Source: Mobula hypostoma
Lineage: Eukaryota
NCBI RefSeq assembly: GCF_963921235.1
Contig: NC_086097.1
Location: 14,694,001-14,758,000 of the forward strand
Length of the DNA stretch: 64,000 bases
Direction: 5' to 3'
Part shown: positions 1 through 12,299 of the stretch, piece by piece
How the letters are laid out: every line of letters begins with the position of its first letter
How positions within the stretch are numbered: the stretch's first letter is position 1
Notes under the pieces: model-generated
Database searches by the model: none
Told to the model about the DNA's origin: nothing
What the model saw: only the letters and a program-made list of their open reading frames with translations
Translations under genes and position numbers: made by a program

Positions 1-165
1 ACTTATTTCATGTGAAATTGGTTCGTGTCAGCAGTACATGGAAAGATATAAAGTTACTATAAATACAGAAATAAACTAGTAGTCAACCAAACTGAATAAT
101 ACAGTTCAAAGTACATTTATTATCAAAGTATTTATACGTTATACAACCTGGAGACTGGTCTCCTA

Positions 166-310
166 AGCAGATGCTGGAAATCCAGGGCAACACACTCAAG
201 ATGGTGGAGGAACACAGTAGGTCAGGCAGCAGCTATGGAAAGGAATAAACAGTTGAAGTTTCAGGCTGAGACCCTGCGTCAGGACTGTAAAGGAAGGGCT
301 AAGAAGACAG
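166..310 (-). mobile_element. Degenerate PLE-derived terminal repeat (hammerhead-containing arm)
   Basis: gcagatgctggaaatcc...gtttcaggctgagaccctgcgtcaggactg is the reverse complement of the terminus at 56682-56814, with many substitutions. Confidence 0.7.
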
Positions 311-1149
311 AAGTCGTATTGTATATGCAGGCTGGCTTTTGGTGATCAGTCTTCTCTGTGAAGGAGTGTGATAATTTCAGCAGAGGAAATCCACTGAGGG
401 TGTGGGCGAGATCTATTGGCTGCAGTGTTGGCAAGAGAAACAATATCAAAAGTGTGCAGGATGGCTAAAGGTTAAAAACCAGTGTATAATCTCAGGGCTT
501 CGAAATGAGTCATTACAGTCAATTCCCAGCCAGAGAACATAAAACAGAAGATGAAAGTAAGCTTAGAAGATAAGCTTTATTTGTCATATGTATATCAAAA
601 CACACAGGAAATGCGCTATTTGCATCAATGACCAAAACAGTCTGAGCTGTAGTGGGGGCAGCCCGCAAGTGTCTACATTTCTTGCACCGACACAGCATGC
701 ACACAACCTACTAACCCAACCCAACCCAACTCATGCGGTCACAAGGAGAATGTACAGACGCTTTATAGGCAGCAATGGGAATTGAAACCAAATTTTACAG
801 CTGGCACCAGAGAGAGAACCAACAGAAAATGCTGGAAACACTCAGCAAGTCAGGCAGTATCTGTGGGAGCAGAAACATAATTTTGGAATTGGTTTATTAT
901 TGCCATTTTTACCAAACACAGTGAAAAGTTTGTCTTGCATATTGTTCATATGGATTAAATTATCGAGATAGAATAAACTAAAACAATAACATTGCAGAAT
1001 GAAGTGTAACAGCCACAGGGAAAGTGCAGGACACATAGACAGTGAGGTGCAAGATCATAACCAGGTAGACTGAGGTCAGGAGTACATACCATATATGTAC
1101 TGTAAATACATTTCTTATTGTAACTGCTAGTTTTTTTCAATGTATTGCA

Positions 1150-1530
1150 TCAGGACATGTTTTCTTCTCATTGTCACCATCAGGAAGGAGGTGGAGAAGC
1201 CTAAAAACACTCGAAGATTTAGAAAATAGCCTCTTCCCCTCTGCCATCAAATTTCTGAATGGACATTAAATCCATGAACACTGCCTCACTATTATTTCTG
1301 TTTTTACATGAATTATTTAATCTAACTTTCATATATATACACACACATACACTTACTGTAATTCACAGTTTTTTTTATGTTATCATATATTACAATGTAC
1401 TACTGCTGCAAAGTTAACAAATTTCACAACATATACCGGTGGTATTAAACCTGATTCTGGTTCAGCTCTGCTGCTGCAAAACAACAAATTTCATGACATA
1501 TGCCAGAGATATTAAAGCTGATTCTGATTG
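1150..1530 (+). mobile_element. Rex1/Babar-type LINE 3' fragment
   Basis: ccatcaggaaggagg (PSGRR motif), ttcccctctgccatc and an attaaacctgattctg tail, shared with the longer Rex1 copies in the window. Confidence 0.65.
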
Positions 1531-2499
1531 TGATTCATTGTAGAGAGGCGGCGGTGAGCAAGCAGGCATAGTTCACCTTTGTACCAGGGTTCATTGGCTA
1601 GCAGGCACTCTGGATGCAATCCAATAAATAGTGTATTGTTACACCAGGGGCAGACTCGCATGTCCTTTCACAGTTTATCACTTCTGAGGTATGATACCTT
1701 GGTGAAGCAAAATGAGAATTTAAATATCAGCATCGGCCTGTTGGAGCAAGAGCTTGGCAACCTTGTTGGACCTGAGAATATGTGTTCTGTTCAGATGATT
1801 TGGTTATTGTTCTCTTAACGTGTTCATTGTTTGCAATCAACAACAATGCCTGTGAATCACAGCAAGTCTTCTTTTCATTCTATTGAAAATTCAGGTTGAA
1901 TTGGGTCGTAGATGGAAATATATCTTGACTTTATAGTGTATATCCTCTGGAATTCCACCAAAGATTTTTCATAGAACATAAAACACTACAGCACAGTACA
2001 GGCCCTTTTGCCCACAATGTTATGCCGACATTTTAACCTACTCTAAGATCAATCGAACCCTTCCCCTTACATATCACTCCATTTTTCTTTCAACCATATG
2101 TCTACTTTTTTCTATCCATTGCAATTGAACTTTTTGAAAACTATGAGGGAGGAAGGATCATAGAGAGTAGAATATGAGTCTTTAACATATAAGGAATTTA
2201 TGCCCAGTGATTCCATTTGGATTCAAGTTCAATGTATATTTTATTATCAAAGTACAGATATGTCACCAGATACATCCCCGAGATTCATTTTCCTGTGGGC
2301 ACACTCAGCAAACATATAGAATAGTAACTATAACAGGATCAATGAAAGATCAGCTAAAAGACAACAAACTCTGCTAGTGCGAATATAAATAAACAGCAAT
2401 AAATAACGAGAACATGAAGTAACAAGATAAAGAGTCCTTAAAGTGAGATAATTGGTTGAGGGAACATCTCAATGGATGGGCAAATGAGCGTAGTTAAAA

Positions 2500-5400
2500 C
2501 AATAAGACCAGAAGACATTGGAGCAGAATTAGGCCATTTTATCATGGCTGAATTTTACTCTCAGCCCCAATCTCCTACCATCTCCCCATATCCCTTCATG
2601 CCCTGACCAATCAAGAGCCTAACAGCCTCTGCCTTAAATATACCTAAAGAGTTGTCCTCCACTACTGCCTGTGGCAAAGAACTCCACAGAGTCACCACTC
2701 TCTGGCTAAAGAAATTCCTCCTCATTGCCATTCTAAAAGGCCACCTCTCTATTCTGAGGCTGTGTCCTCTTGGTCTTAGACTCTCCCACCATTAGAAACA
2801 TCCTCAGAGCCATCAAACGGTCTTCATATGACAAGCCATTTAATCCTGGCAACATACATCAAAGTTGCTGGTGAACGCAGCAGGCCAAGCAGCATCTGTA
2901 GGAAGAGGCGCAGTCGACGCTTCAGGCCGAGACCCTTCGTCAGGACTAAGGGTCTCGGCCTGAAGCATCGACTGCGCCTCTTCCTACAGATGCTGCTTGG
3001 CCTGCTGCGTTCACCAGCAACTTTGATGTATGTTGCTTGAATTTCCAGCATCTGCAGAATTCCTGTTGTTTGCATTTAATCCTGGAATCATTTTTGTGAA
3101 CTTCCTTGGAACCCTCTCCAGTTTTAGCACATCCTTTTTAAAATAAGGGACCCAAACCTGCTCACAATACTCCAAGTGTGGCCTTACCAGTGCTTTATAA
3201 ATTCTCAACATTACATCCTTGTGTTTATATTCTAGACCTCTTGAAATGAATATCTTTTGGGAATCCTGCACAAGGACTCCCAAGTCCCCTTGCACCTCAC
3301 TTTTTTTGTATTTTTTCTTCATTTAGAAAATAGTCAACCTTTTCATTTTCTTCCACCAAAGTGTATGACCATACACTTCCCAACACTGTATTCCATCTGC
3401 CATGTCTTTGCCCATTCTCCTAATCTGTCTAAGCCCTTCTGTAGCCTCTCTACTTCCTCAAAACTGCCAGCCCTCCACATTTCTTCTGCAAACTTTGCAA
3501 CAGAGCCATCAATCCCAACATCCAAATCATTGGTATATAATGTAAAAAAAATCGATCCCAACACAGACCCCTGTGGAACACCACTAGCGACCGGCAACCA
3601 GCTAGAAAATGCTTCCTGTATTCCTACTCTTTGCCTCCTGCCAATCAGCCACTGCTTTATCCATGCTGGAATCTTCCCTGTAATACCATGGGCTCGTAGC
3701 TTGTTAAGCAGCCTCATGTGTGTGTGGCACCTTGTCAAAGGTTTTCTGAAAATCCAAGTATGCAACATCAACTGATTCTCCTTTGATTATGCTGCTTGCT
3801 ATTTCTTCAAAGAATTCCAACAGGTTTGTCAGGCAAGAGCTTCCCCTTGAGGAAACCATGCTGACTATGGCCTATCTTATCATGTGCCTCCAATTACCCT
3901 GAGACTGCATCCTTAACAATCGACTCCAACGTCTTCCCAAACACTGAGGTCAGACTAACTGGCCTATAGTTTCCTTTCTTCTGCCTCTCTCCTTTCTTGA
4001 AGAGTGGAGTGACATTTGCAATTTTCCAGTCTTGCAGAACTATTCCAGAATCTAGTGATTTTTGAAAGCTCATTACTAATGGCCTGCACGATCTCTTTAG
4101 CCACCTCTTTCAGAACTCTGAGGTGTATACTATCTGGTCCAGATTACTTATCTAACCTCAGACCTTTCAGTTTCCCAAGAACCTTTTCTCTAGTTATGGT
4201 AACTTCACACACTTCACAACCCCTGACATCTAGAACTTCCACCATACTGTTAGTGCTGTCCACAGTGAAGACTGGTGTAAAATACTTTATCAGTTCATCC
4301 GCCATTTTGGTGTCCCCCATTACTACCTCTCCTGCATCATTTCCAGTGGTCCGATATCCACTCTTGCCTCTCTTTTACACTTTATGTATCTGAAGAAACT
4401 TTTGGTGTCCTCTTTAATTTTATTGGCTAGCTTACTTTCATATTCCATCTTCACCTTCTTAATGACTTTTTTGTTGTCTTCTGTTGTTTTTTTACAAGTT
4501 TCCCAGTCCTCTAACTTTCCACCAATTTTTGCTCTATCAGATGCCCTCTCTTTGGCTTTTATATTGGCTTTGACTTCTCTAGTTAGCCATGGTTGTGTCA
4601 TCTTTCCTTTAGAATACTTCTTCTTTGGAATGTATATATCCTGTGCCTTCTGAAATGCTTCCAGAAATTCCAGCTATTGCTGCTCTGCTGTCATCCCTGA
4701 TAGTTTTCTTTTCCAATCAATTCTGGCCAACGCCTCTCTAATGCCTCTGTAATTCCCTTTACTCCTCTGTAATACTGATGCAGGACATCTGACTTCTTCT
4801 CCTTCTCAAATTTCAGGGTGAATTTGATCATATTATGAACATTCTCCCCTAACGGTTCTCTTACCTTAAGCTCTCTGATCTATTCTGGTTCATTGCACAA
4901 CTCCCACTCCAGAATAGCTGATCCTCTATTGGGATCAACCACAAGCTACTCTAAATGTCATCTCGTAGGAACTTTAGAAATTCCCCCTCCTGGAAATTAG
5001 CACCAATCTGATTTTCCCATTCTACCTGCATGTTGAAATCCCCCATGACTATTGTAACATTGCCCTTTGGCATGCATTTTCTATCTGCATTTGTAATTTG
5101 TAAGTTACATCTCTTCTACTGTTTGGGGGTCTGTATACAACTCCCATCAGGGTCTTTTTACCCTTGCAGTTCCTTAGCTCTATCCACAATGATTCAACAC
5201 CTTCTGACCCTATGTCACCTCTTTGAAATGATTTGATTTCATTTTTTACCAACAGAACAACGCTGCCCCCTCTGCCTTCCTGCCTATCCTTTCGATACAA
5301 TGTGTATCCTTAGACATTAAACTCCCAGCCATTGTTCAGTGATGCCTATGACGTCATTCCTGCCAAACTGCATCTGTGCTGCAAATTCATCTACCTTATT

Positions 5401-5860
5401 CCGTATACTGTGCAAATTCAGACATAACAGCTTCAGTCCAGTATTCATCCTATTCAACTTTGTCACACCATGCTCAACCTTTTGATTCCTAACTTTGTAC
5501 AACATCTGCTTGTACATCCTCTCCACTAACAGTTCTGGCATTCTGGTTTCCATCCTCCTGCAATTCCAGTTATAATCCCATCAAGCAGCATTAACAGACC
5601 TTCCCGCTAAGATATTAGTCCCCCCCCCCCCGCCTCCAGTTCAGGTGCAAACCATCCCTTCTATACATGTCCCACCTTCCCTGGAAGAGAGCCCAATGAT
5701 CCAGAAATCTTATGCCCTCCCTCCTGCTCCTTAGCCATGCATTAAAGTGTATCCTCCTCCTAGTTCTGGCCACGCTAGCACACGGCACGGGTAGCAATCC
5801 TGAGATCACAACCCTGGAGGTCCTGCTCTTTAACTTAGCACCTAACTCCCTGAACTCCTT
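2500..5860 (-). mobile_element. CR1 LINE, decayed: ORF1 SGNH-esterase end, ORF2 APE endonuclease and RT, 3' UTR
   Basis: ORFs 5615..5920 (VVISGLLPVP...DGLHLN), 5049..5553 (YRKDR..GG.V, GVVYRPP), 3343..3771 (SGVPQGSVLG, KFAEE) and 3011..3322 (LVRPHLEYC). Interrupted by the hairpin element at 2850-3072. Confidence 0.93.
2850..3072 (+). mobile_element. Foldback (hairpin) PLE-derived non-autonomous element, copy A
   Basis: Inverted arms 2850-2937 and 2948-3035 (88 bp, 1 mismatch), 10-nt loop, unpaired 3' tail. Direct repeat catttaatcctgg at 2837-2849 and 3073-3085. Confidence 0.9.
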
Positions 5861-5867
5861 TTGTTCA

Positions 5868-6820
5868 AAGAAGAAGAAGAAGAATATCTTTATTGCCATT
5901 GTTGTGGAGCAATGAAACACAGTTTAGCAGCTCAACGTTTTGCAACATGACAAAGAATATATACATAAAATAAACTCTGAAACCTCAGGAGTGCAGTCCA
6001 AAATTAATAATATATGGATGAGGGGGTAGGACTATTGCACACCTGTCATTCCTGGAAGTGTGATGCATTTAGCTTCCGCCGTCTTAGGAGGGGGGCAGGA
6101 GAAGGGAAGGAGGTGTTATACATTTCACTGCTTGTGGGTAGAAGCTGTTAAGGAGTCTCTTTGTTTTTGTCCTTAATGCTCTGTATCTCTTCCCAGAAGG
6201 TAAAGGGGAAAACAGGTGATGTCCAGGATGAGTGGGATCCTTTGAAATACAAGTAGCCTTCTTTTGAAGTCTGCCAGTATAAATGTCTCTGAGGGAGGGT
6301 AATGTTGTGCCAATAACCCGCTCTGCTACCCTCACCACCCGCTGCAAGTCCTTCCCGCTCTGTTCTGTGCAGCTGGCAAACCACACTGCACAGCAATACG
6401 TCAGGAGGCTCTCTATAGTTGTCCCATAGAAGTTGATCAGCAGGTGATGAGGGAGGAGAGCGTGCTTTAGCTTCCTTAGGAAGTAGAGCCTCTGTTGGAC
6501 CTTCCCCACCTGATAAGAGATATGGGCAATCCAGGTGAGGTCAGCCGAGATGTGGACGCCGAGGAACTTGACCTCTCCACCTCTTTCCCGTACACGTGCA
6601 GAGCAGAGTGCTCGACGTGCTTTGATTTCCTGAAGTCTACTATCAGCTCCTTGGTTTTTGTGATGTTCAAGTCCGGATTATTATGACAACACCATTCTGT
6701 CAAATGCTGTACCTCCTCCCTATAGGCTGTCTCATCACAGTCTGATATGACACCTATTAGGGTGGTATTGTCAGCAAATTTGACAATGGTGTTGGTGGAG
6801 TGAATGGTAGAGCAGTCATC
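5868..6820 (-). mobile_element. Rex1/Babar-type LINE, 3' portion
   Basis: KFADNTTLIG...KTKELIVDFRK and QQRLYFLRKL...HPGHHLFSPLPSGKRYR. (TTC)n tail at the 3' end. Confidence 0.9.
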
Positions 6821-7469
6821 AGAGAGCCTGATGGTTGCAGCTTCCTCACTATGGTCACGTTCAGCAAACAATTTGTTGCCACAATTGAATTCAGTTGCAA
6901 GACAAGCTCCTCCACCTTCTAATGAATTTGTAATTTGAAGTATAGCCCTAGTGGAGAACCAGTGCTGGATTACACTCATGTGACAGTAGTCTGTACCGTC
7001 TACCAGGTGCAACTACAGCAACTGACTAAAACCCCTCAGACATTTCGTATCACAACATCTACCAGCTAGAACGACAAGGGCAACAAATGCATGTTATCAC
7101 CACTACCCAGACATTGCCTTCCAAGCCACTCACAAACCTAGCCTGGAAATATATTGCTGTTGCTTCACTGTCATTGGGGTCAAATTTCTGAAATTTCCTC
7201 CATCACAACATGGTGGGCAGATTGGCACCTCGAGGACTGCAGTGGAACAAGAAGGCAGTTAACCACCACCTTCTTGTGGGTAACAAGAAGGTCAGGTCAG
7301 TCATTAACCATTTATGGGCGGATGATTCCCAGAAATGTATTTCACTGATGAAAGGCTTTTCCATTCCAATCTACCTGATCCCTCCTCTGGATGAAACAAG
7401 TACAGCACTGGACAGGCTCTTTTCTCCTCGATGTACTAAATTAATTGTACTCATGACTTCTAATTAATC

Positions 7470-7790
7470 TAATCCCTCTTGTCTGCACCGTATCCTTCCC
7501 TTCTCTGCATATGCACCTCATTCTAAGCTTTATGCCTCTACCACAGTCCCTGGCAACACATTCCAGGCACCCACCATTCTGTGTAAAAGACTTGCCTTTG
7601 AACTTTCCCCCTCACCTTCAATAATAGACATTTCATTCCTGGGGATAAAAAAGATACAGGCTGTCTACTCTATCAATGCCTTGTATAATTTTATAAACTT
7701 GAATCAAATGTCCTCTCAGCCTTTGCTGCTCTCAAGAAAATAGCCCCAGCTTGTTCAACATCTCCTCAAAGCACATCCTCCAAAGTTTCA
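7470..7790 (-). mobile_element. CR1 3' fragment (old)
   Basis: Resembles the 3' ends of other CR1 copies (ttccaggcacccaccattctgtgtaaaa = reverse of FTQRVV.AWN). Confidence 0.6.
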
Positions 7791-8473
7791 GCTATAACCA
7801 CTGAGAAGGTGTCCAGGAATGGGAAGCACAGCTACCCTGTGGCTCAGGGGTCTCGGCCCAAAGTGTCAACATAGATGCTGCCTCACTTGCTGAGTTCCTT
7901 CAGCATTTTGTGCATGCTAATCAAGATTTCTAGTATCTGCCAAATCTCTTCAAAGTTCAAGGTTTAAGTACATTTATTATCAAAGGTGTATACATTATAC
8001 AACCTTGAGATTCGTCTCCTTACACAATGTGCAGAGAAAAGAACAACAAATTGAATAAAAATAAGCAAATAGCATTCAGAACTGAAGCTTTACGGAACTT
8101 AAAGCCAGGTATCACTGTAACTGAAGCAGGTCACGGTCTCAGTTCAGAGCAGAGCCGAGTAAACTTCACAAGGCCACAGACACAAGGCCAGCCGTCACTG
8201 TAGCTGGAGCAGGCCATAACCTCAGTTCAGTGCAGAGCTGAGCAAAAATCTCAGAGCAGCAAGCAGAACCAGCCCGTCTCTCACCTCCGCTCCTGACACA
8301 CTGACCTTTTCAATCTGGAGCAGCACGTAAATCGTGCAAATATTGGGTCATTCCTCACTCTGGGACCACTCTGGGGCCTGAACCATGCCGCCACGATTCG
8401 GCTCATACCCGACCTTTCCAATTCGGCCTTGTGCTTCAATCAGTCAAACACTAGGGCTTTCTTTGCTCTGGGG

Positions 8474-9031
8474 TGTATGGGGTGTCAGGGAGGGGTAGCA
8501 CCTCTGGTGGGGGAACATGTCGCGTTCTTTTCAGGGCGGTTAGTCCACCTTTGGTCCCCACCTGGCACTCAGCTCTCACCTGTGGCTCCCCGTAGCTGTT
8601 TGCATGCGACAGTGGCCACACCCCGGGCAATGGCTTCAACAAGCCGGCTAAACCAGGTGAGGGTAGCCGACGGGTCTCAAACCCTCGGTGTGATAGGGAG
8701 TTGTCTATCCCAGCATGTGAAGACAGACTCCGGTGGATTGAGCAGACGAGACCAATGGAAGGTCCAACGGTCAAGAAGGCGGTCTCTGCAAGCGTCATGG
8801 AACGTGTAGAGCAGGACAAGACACAGAAGACGTCCTGGTCATCCACTGCGTCTAGTCCCATCTCCAGCCGTCTAGACTCTGTCTTGCCACTGGATCCCAG
8901 ATGGGAATTGGGAAGAGAGAGTGAGGCTGACGCTGCGCAACTCTCCCTCACTTAAATCCAAATCACACGCTAGTCTTGACACCATCATTATGGTGTCGAG
9001 GTCCTCATCGACGTCAACGATGGACGAACAA
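8474..9031 (+). mobile_element. RTE-derived non-autonomous element (bipartite SINE)
   Basis: TSD ctttgYtctgggg at 8461-8473 and 9032-9044. The last ~40 nt match the 3' tail of the RTE fragment at 46088-46344. CpG-rich, so probably young. Confidence 0.75.
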
Positions 9032-9118
9032 CTTTGTTCTGGGGATGCCTCAACCCCACCTCGCCTCCACTCGCCTTGACTTTGCATCACTTCTGCTTGC
9101 CTCTCCATTGTTGGCAGT

Positions 9119-10065
9119 GATCAAACTCAATCTATAAGTTTGCTGATGACACAACAATTGTAGGCCGTATCTTGGGTAATGATGAGTTTGAGTACAGAGA
9201 GGAAATTAAGAACCTGGTGGCATGGTGCGAAGACAATAACCTATCCCTCAATGTCAGCAAGATGAAGGAATTGGTTGTTGACTTCAGAAGGAGTAGCGGA
9301 CCACACAACCCAATTTACATTGGTGGTGCGCAAATGGAACAGGTCAAAAGCTTTAAGTTCCTCAGGGTCAATATCACAAATGACCTGACTTGGTCCAATC
9401 AAGCAGAGTTCACTGCCACGAAGGCCCACCAGCGCCTTTACTTCCTGAGAAAACCAAAGAAATTTGGCCTGTCCCCTAAAACCCTCACTAATTTTTATAG
9501 ATGCACCGTAGAAAGCATTCTTCTAGGGTGCATCACAACCTGGTATGGAAGTTGTCCTGTCCAAGACCAAAAGAAGCTGCAGAAGATTGTGAACACGGCG
9601 CAGCACATCACACAAACCAATCTTCCGTCCTTGGACTCACTTTACACCGCACGCAGTCGGAGCAGTGTTGCCAGGATAATCAAGGATACGACCCACCCAG
9701 CCAACAGACTTTTCGTCCCTCTTCCCTCCGGGAGAAGGTTCAGGCGCTTGAAGACTCGTACGGCCAGATTTGGGAACAGCTTCTTTCCAACTGCGATAAG
9801 ACTGCTGAAAGGATCCTGACCCGGATCTGGGCCATATCCTCCAAATATCCAGACCTGCCTCTTGGTTTTTTTTGCACTACCTTACTTTCCATTTTTCAAT
9901 TTTCTATTTATGATTTATAATTTAAATATTTAATATTTACACATTTTTACTATTTTAAATATTTAATATTTGTAATCCAGGGAGCGGAAAGCGCAGAATC
10001 AAATATCGCTGTGATGATTGTACGTTCTAGTATCAATCGATTGGCGACAATAAAGTATAAAGTGT
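9119..10065 (+). mobile_element. Rex1/Babar-type LINE, 5'-truncated
   Basis: KFADD at the start. The 215-aa ORF 9172..9819 contains WCEDNNLSLNVSKMKELVVDFRR, QRLYFLR and PSGRRFR. Confidence 0.92.
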
Positions 10066-10794
10066 AAAAATATCATTGTTAATAAAGCATTATTAATAAA
10101 GAATTTTAAAGTTTTCTTTATTTTGTTTGCTGCCGAAAAGTAGTCTCTGGGCTTCACCAGCGCCATCTTAAACCGGAAAGTGTTTATGAAAAACTTTTTT
10201 GTTGTTTAAATGCTGCGATCTGGAACGTAATACTTGTAAGTTAGCAGGAAGACAACTCAGTAATAACATAATACGGGGGGGGTAATGATTTGAAGGGGTA
10301 CAATATGCAGATTCATGGGATAGGCCAGGGGAATGGAATAATTCCCTATGAATCTGTTTCTAATATTCAAAATAATATAGATGGACTGGTGTACATATAA
10401 GGCAGATAGGGTGAAGGGCTTTTCTTTGTGCTGTATTAATGTTTGAAGATATGACATAATCAACTGATTGGCATCCAGTGCTGCATGATTCGCAGTAATT
10501 GTTTGGATGGGATAAGATCAGCCTTGGCTGCAGCTCTCTCCCACATCTCTCATTGTTGAACACTCTAATAACATACTGTCTAGTCTCACTCTAGGAGTAA
10601 GGGCAAGGTACCAGACGGCTATTGGTGTCCAGGGAGATATAACCCAAAATGAATGAGATGAAACAATCCAGGCAGCATGAATTCTTCTTTGTGTGTGTAT
10701 GTGTGTGGGAAGAGACACGGAAAGCCGCATCCCCTGTTCAAGGACAGATGAATATTTCCTCAGTGGTCAAGGCTGAAATGTACTTAGCCATGAC

Positions 10795-11700
10795 TGAATC
10801 AGAATCAGGTTTAATATCTCTGGCATATGTCGTGAAATGTGTTGTTCTGCGGTGGCAGCACAATGCAATACAAAATAATAAAAGCTGCAAATTACATTAA
10901 GTATAGGTATATATATTAAAAAATTAAATTAAAGAAGTAGTGCAAAAATGAATAGTGAGGTTCATTGGTTCAGTGTCCATTCTGAAATCTGACGGCAGAG
11001 GGGAAGAAGCTGTTCTTGAATCATAGAGGCTTCTATACCTCCTTTCCGATGGTAGCAATGAGAAGAGGGCATGTCCTGGGTGATGGAGGTCCTTAATGAT
11101 GGATGCTGCCTTTTTGAGGCATTGCTCCTTGAGAACGTCCTGGATGCCACAGAGGCGAGTGCCCATGATGCAAATGGAAAGGAATATTGTGACTCACAAT
11201 GAAAGACACACAAAACCACGATGTAGGTTTTAACGCCTGCACTCCCATCCTCACTCTGCCGCACGTGTGTACAGAAAGGTGGCAGAAAAGGGCCAGTAAC
11301 ATCATGAAGGATCCCACTCACCCTTTTCATGGACTGTTTGTCCCACTCCCATCAGGAAAGGAAGCTACGTAGCATCCACACCAGGTCTCAAAAACAGCTA
11401 TTTTCCCTAGTAAGGCTGATCAACACCTCCATCCACTAATCCACCCCTCCACATCCCCTACCGCCAATACTTTATCATTTCCTGTCAGTCATCTTACATA
11501 CAGGCACTCCTGTGCCTAGCGTCACTTTATGGACATACAATCAATCTATGTACATTAGTTATCTTATGCATTTATATTTATTATATTCTTTATCTTATTG
11601 TCATTTTTTTGCGCTGCACTAGATCCACAGTAAAAATTATTTTGTTCTCCTTTACTCTTGCGTACTGAAAATGACTTTAAACAATCTTGAATCGTGAATC
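10795..11700. mobile_element. Two back-to-back Rex1 3' fragments (minus ~10795-11150, plus ~11150-11700)
   Basis: KAASIIKDLHHPGHALFSLLPS on the minus strand. gccagtaacatcatgaaggatcccactcaccct...ccatcagg on the plus strand. Each has its own tail. Confidence 0.75.
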
Positions 11701-12299
11701 TCCGGTGCTGTTTGCTAAGACACTATTCCGAAGTCCCAATGGCACAGCTGACATAGAAACAAATAGCCAGAAGCAGGCTAATGGAGCAAGTAATTTGGGA
11801 AATTTGCACAAATCTTTCCAACTGAACTTGTATTACCCCGAAGTACTGGCAGTTCTCAACTGATATAATTGTGTGTTATAATTAGTTTGGACTCTTTCAG
11901 TTAAGTAATAAAGTTAGTCACTAAGTTGAAGTAAATAGTTGGGATGAGGGTGTTCTGTGACTGTATGAGTGTTGTAGTTGTGTGCTTCTGCTAGGTGAAG
12001 TCACGCTGAGTTATCTGAAGGCTCGAAAAATGTCCTATAATTCCCTTGATATGTTCTACATTTTTAATATGATTGTTTTAGAATGACAGAATTATCTGTG
12101 CTGTTGAGGAACCAACTAGGTGCAACTAAGTTGTATATCTGTATAGGCTATTTTGCACCAAGAATATCATGTACAATTCTGCCCTCCTTACCTAAAGAAG
12201 AATATACTTGCGATTTGGGTGATGTCACGGAATCAAGTAGCACAGAAATAGGTCCTTCAGCTCAAGAATCTACACCAACCATCAACCACCTATTTATAC

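Larger units (their letters stand above)
7950..10178 (-). mobile_element. Non-autonomous Rex1-related element hosting two nested insertions
   Basis: Minus-strand 5' end ttccggtttaagatggcgctgg at about 10178. 3' tail with aataaa and ttgaac repeats at about 7950. No ORF of its own. Confidence 0.55.

Noticed and set aside
2824..3075. Similar ORFs on both strands (ATYIKVAGERSRPSS...), also at 56508-56732
   Set aside because: They arise from the DNA palindrome and are not proteins.
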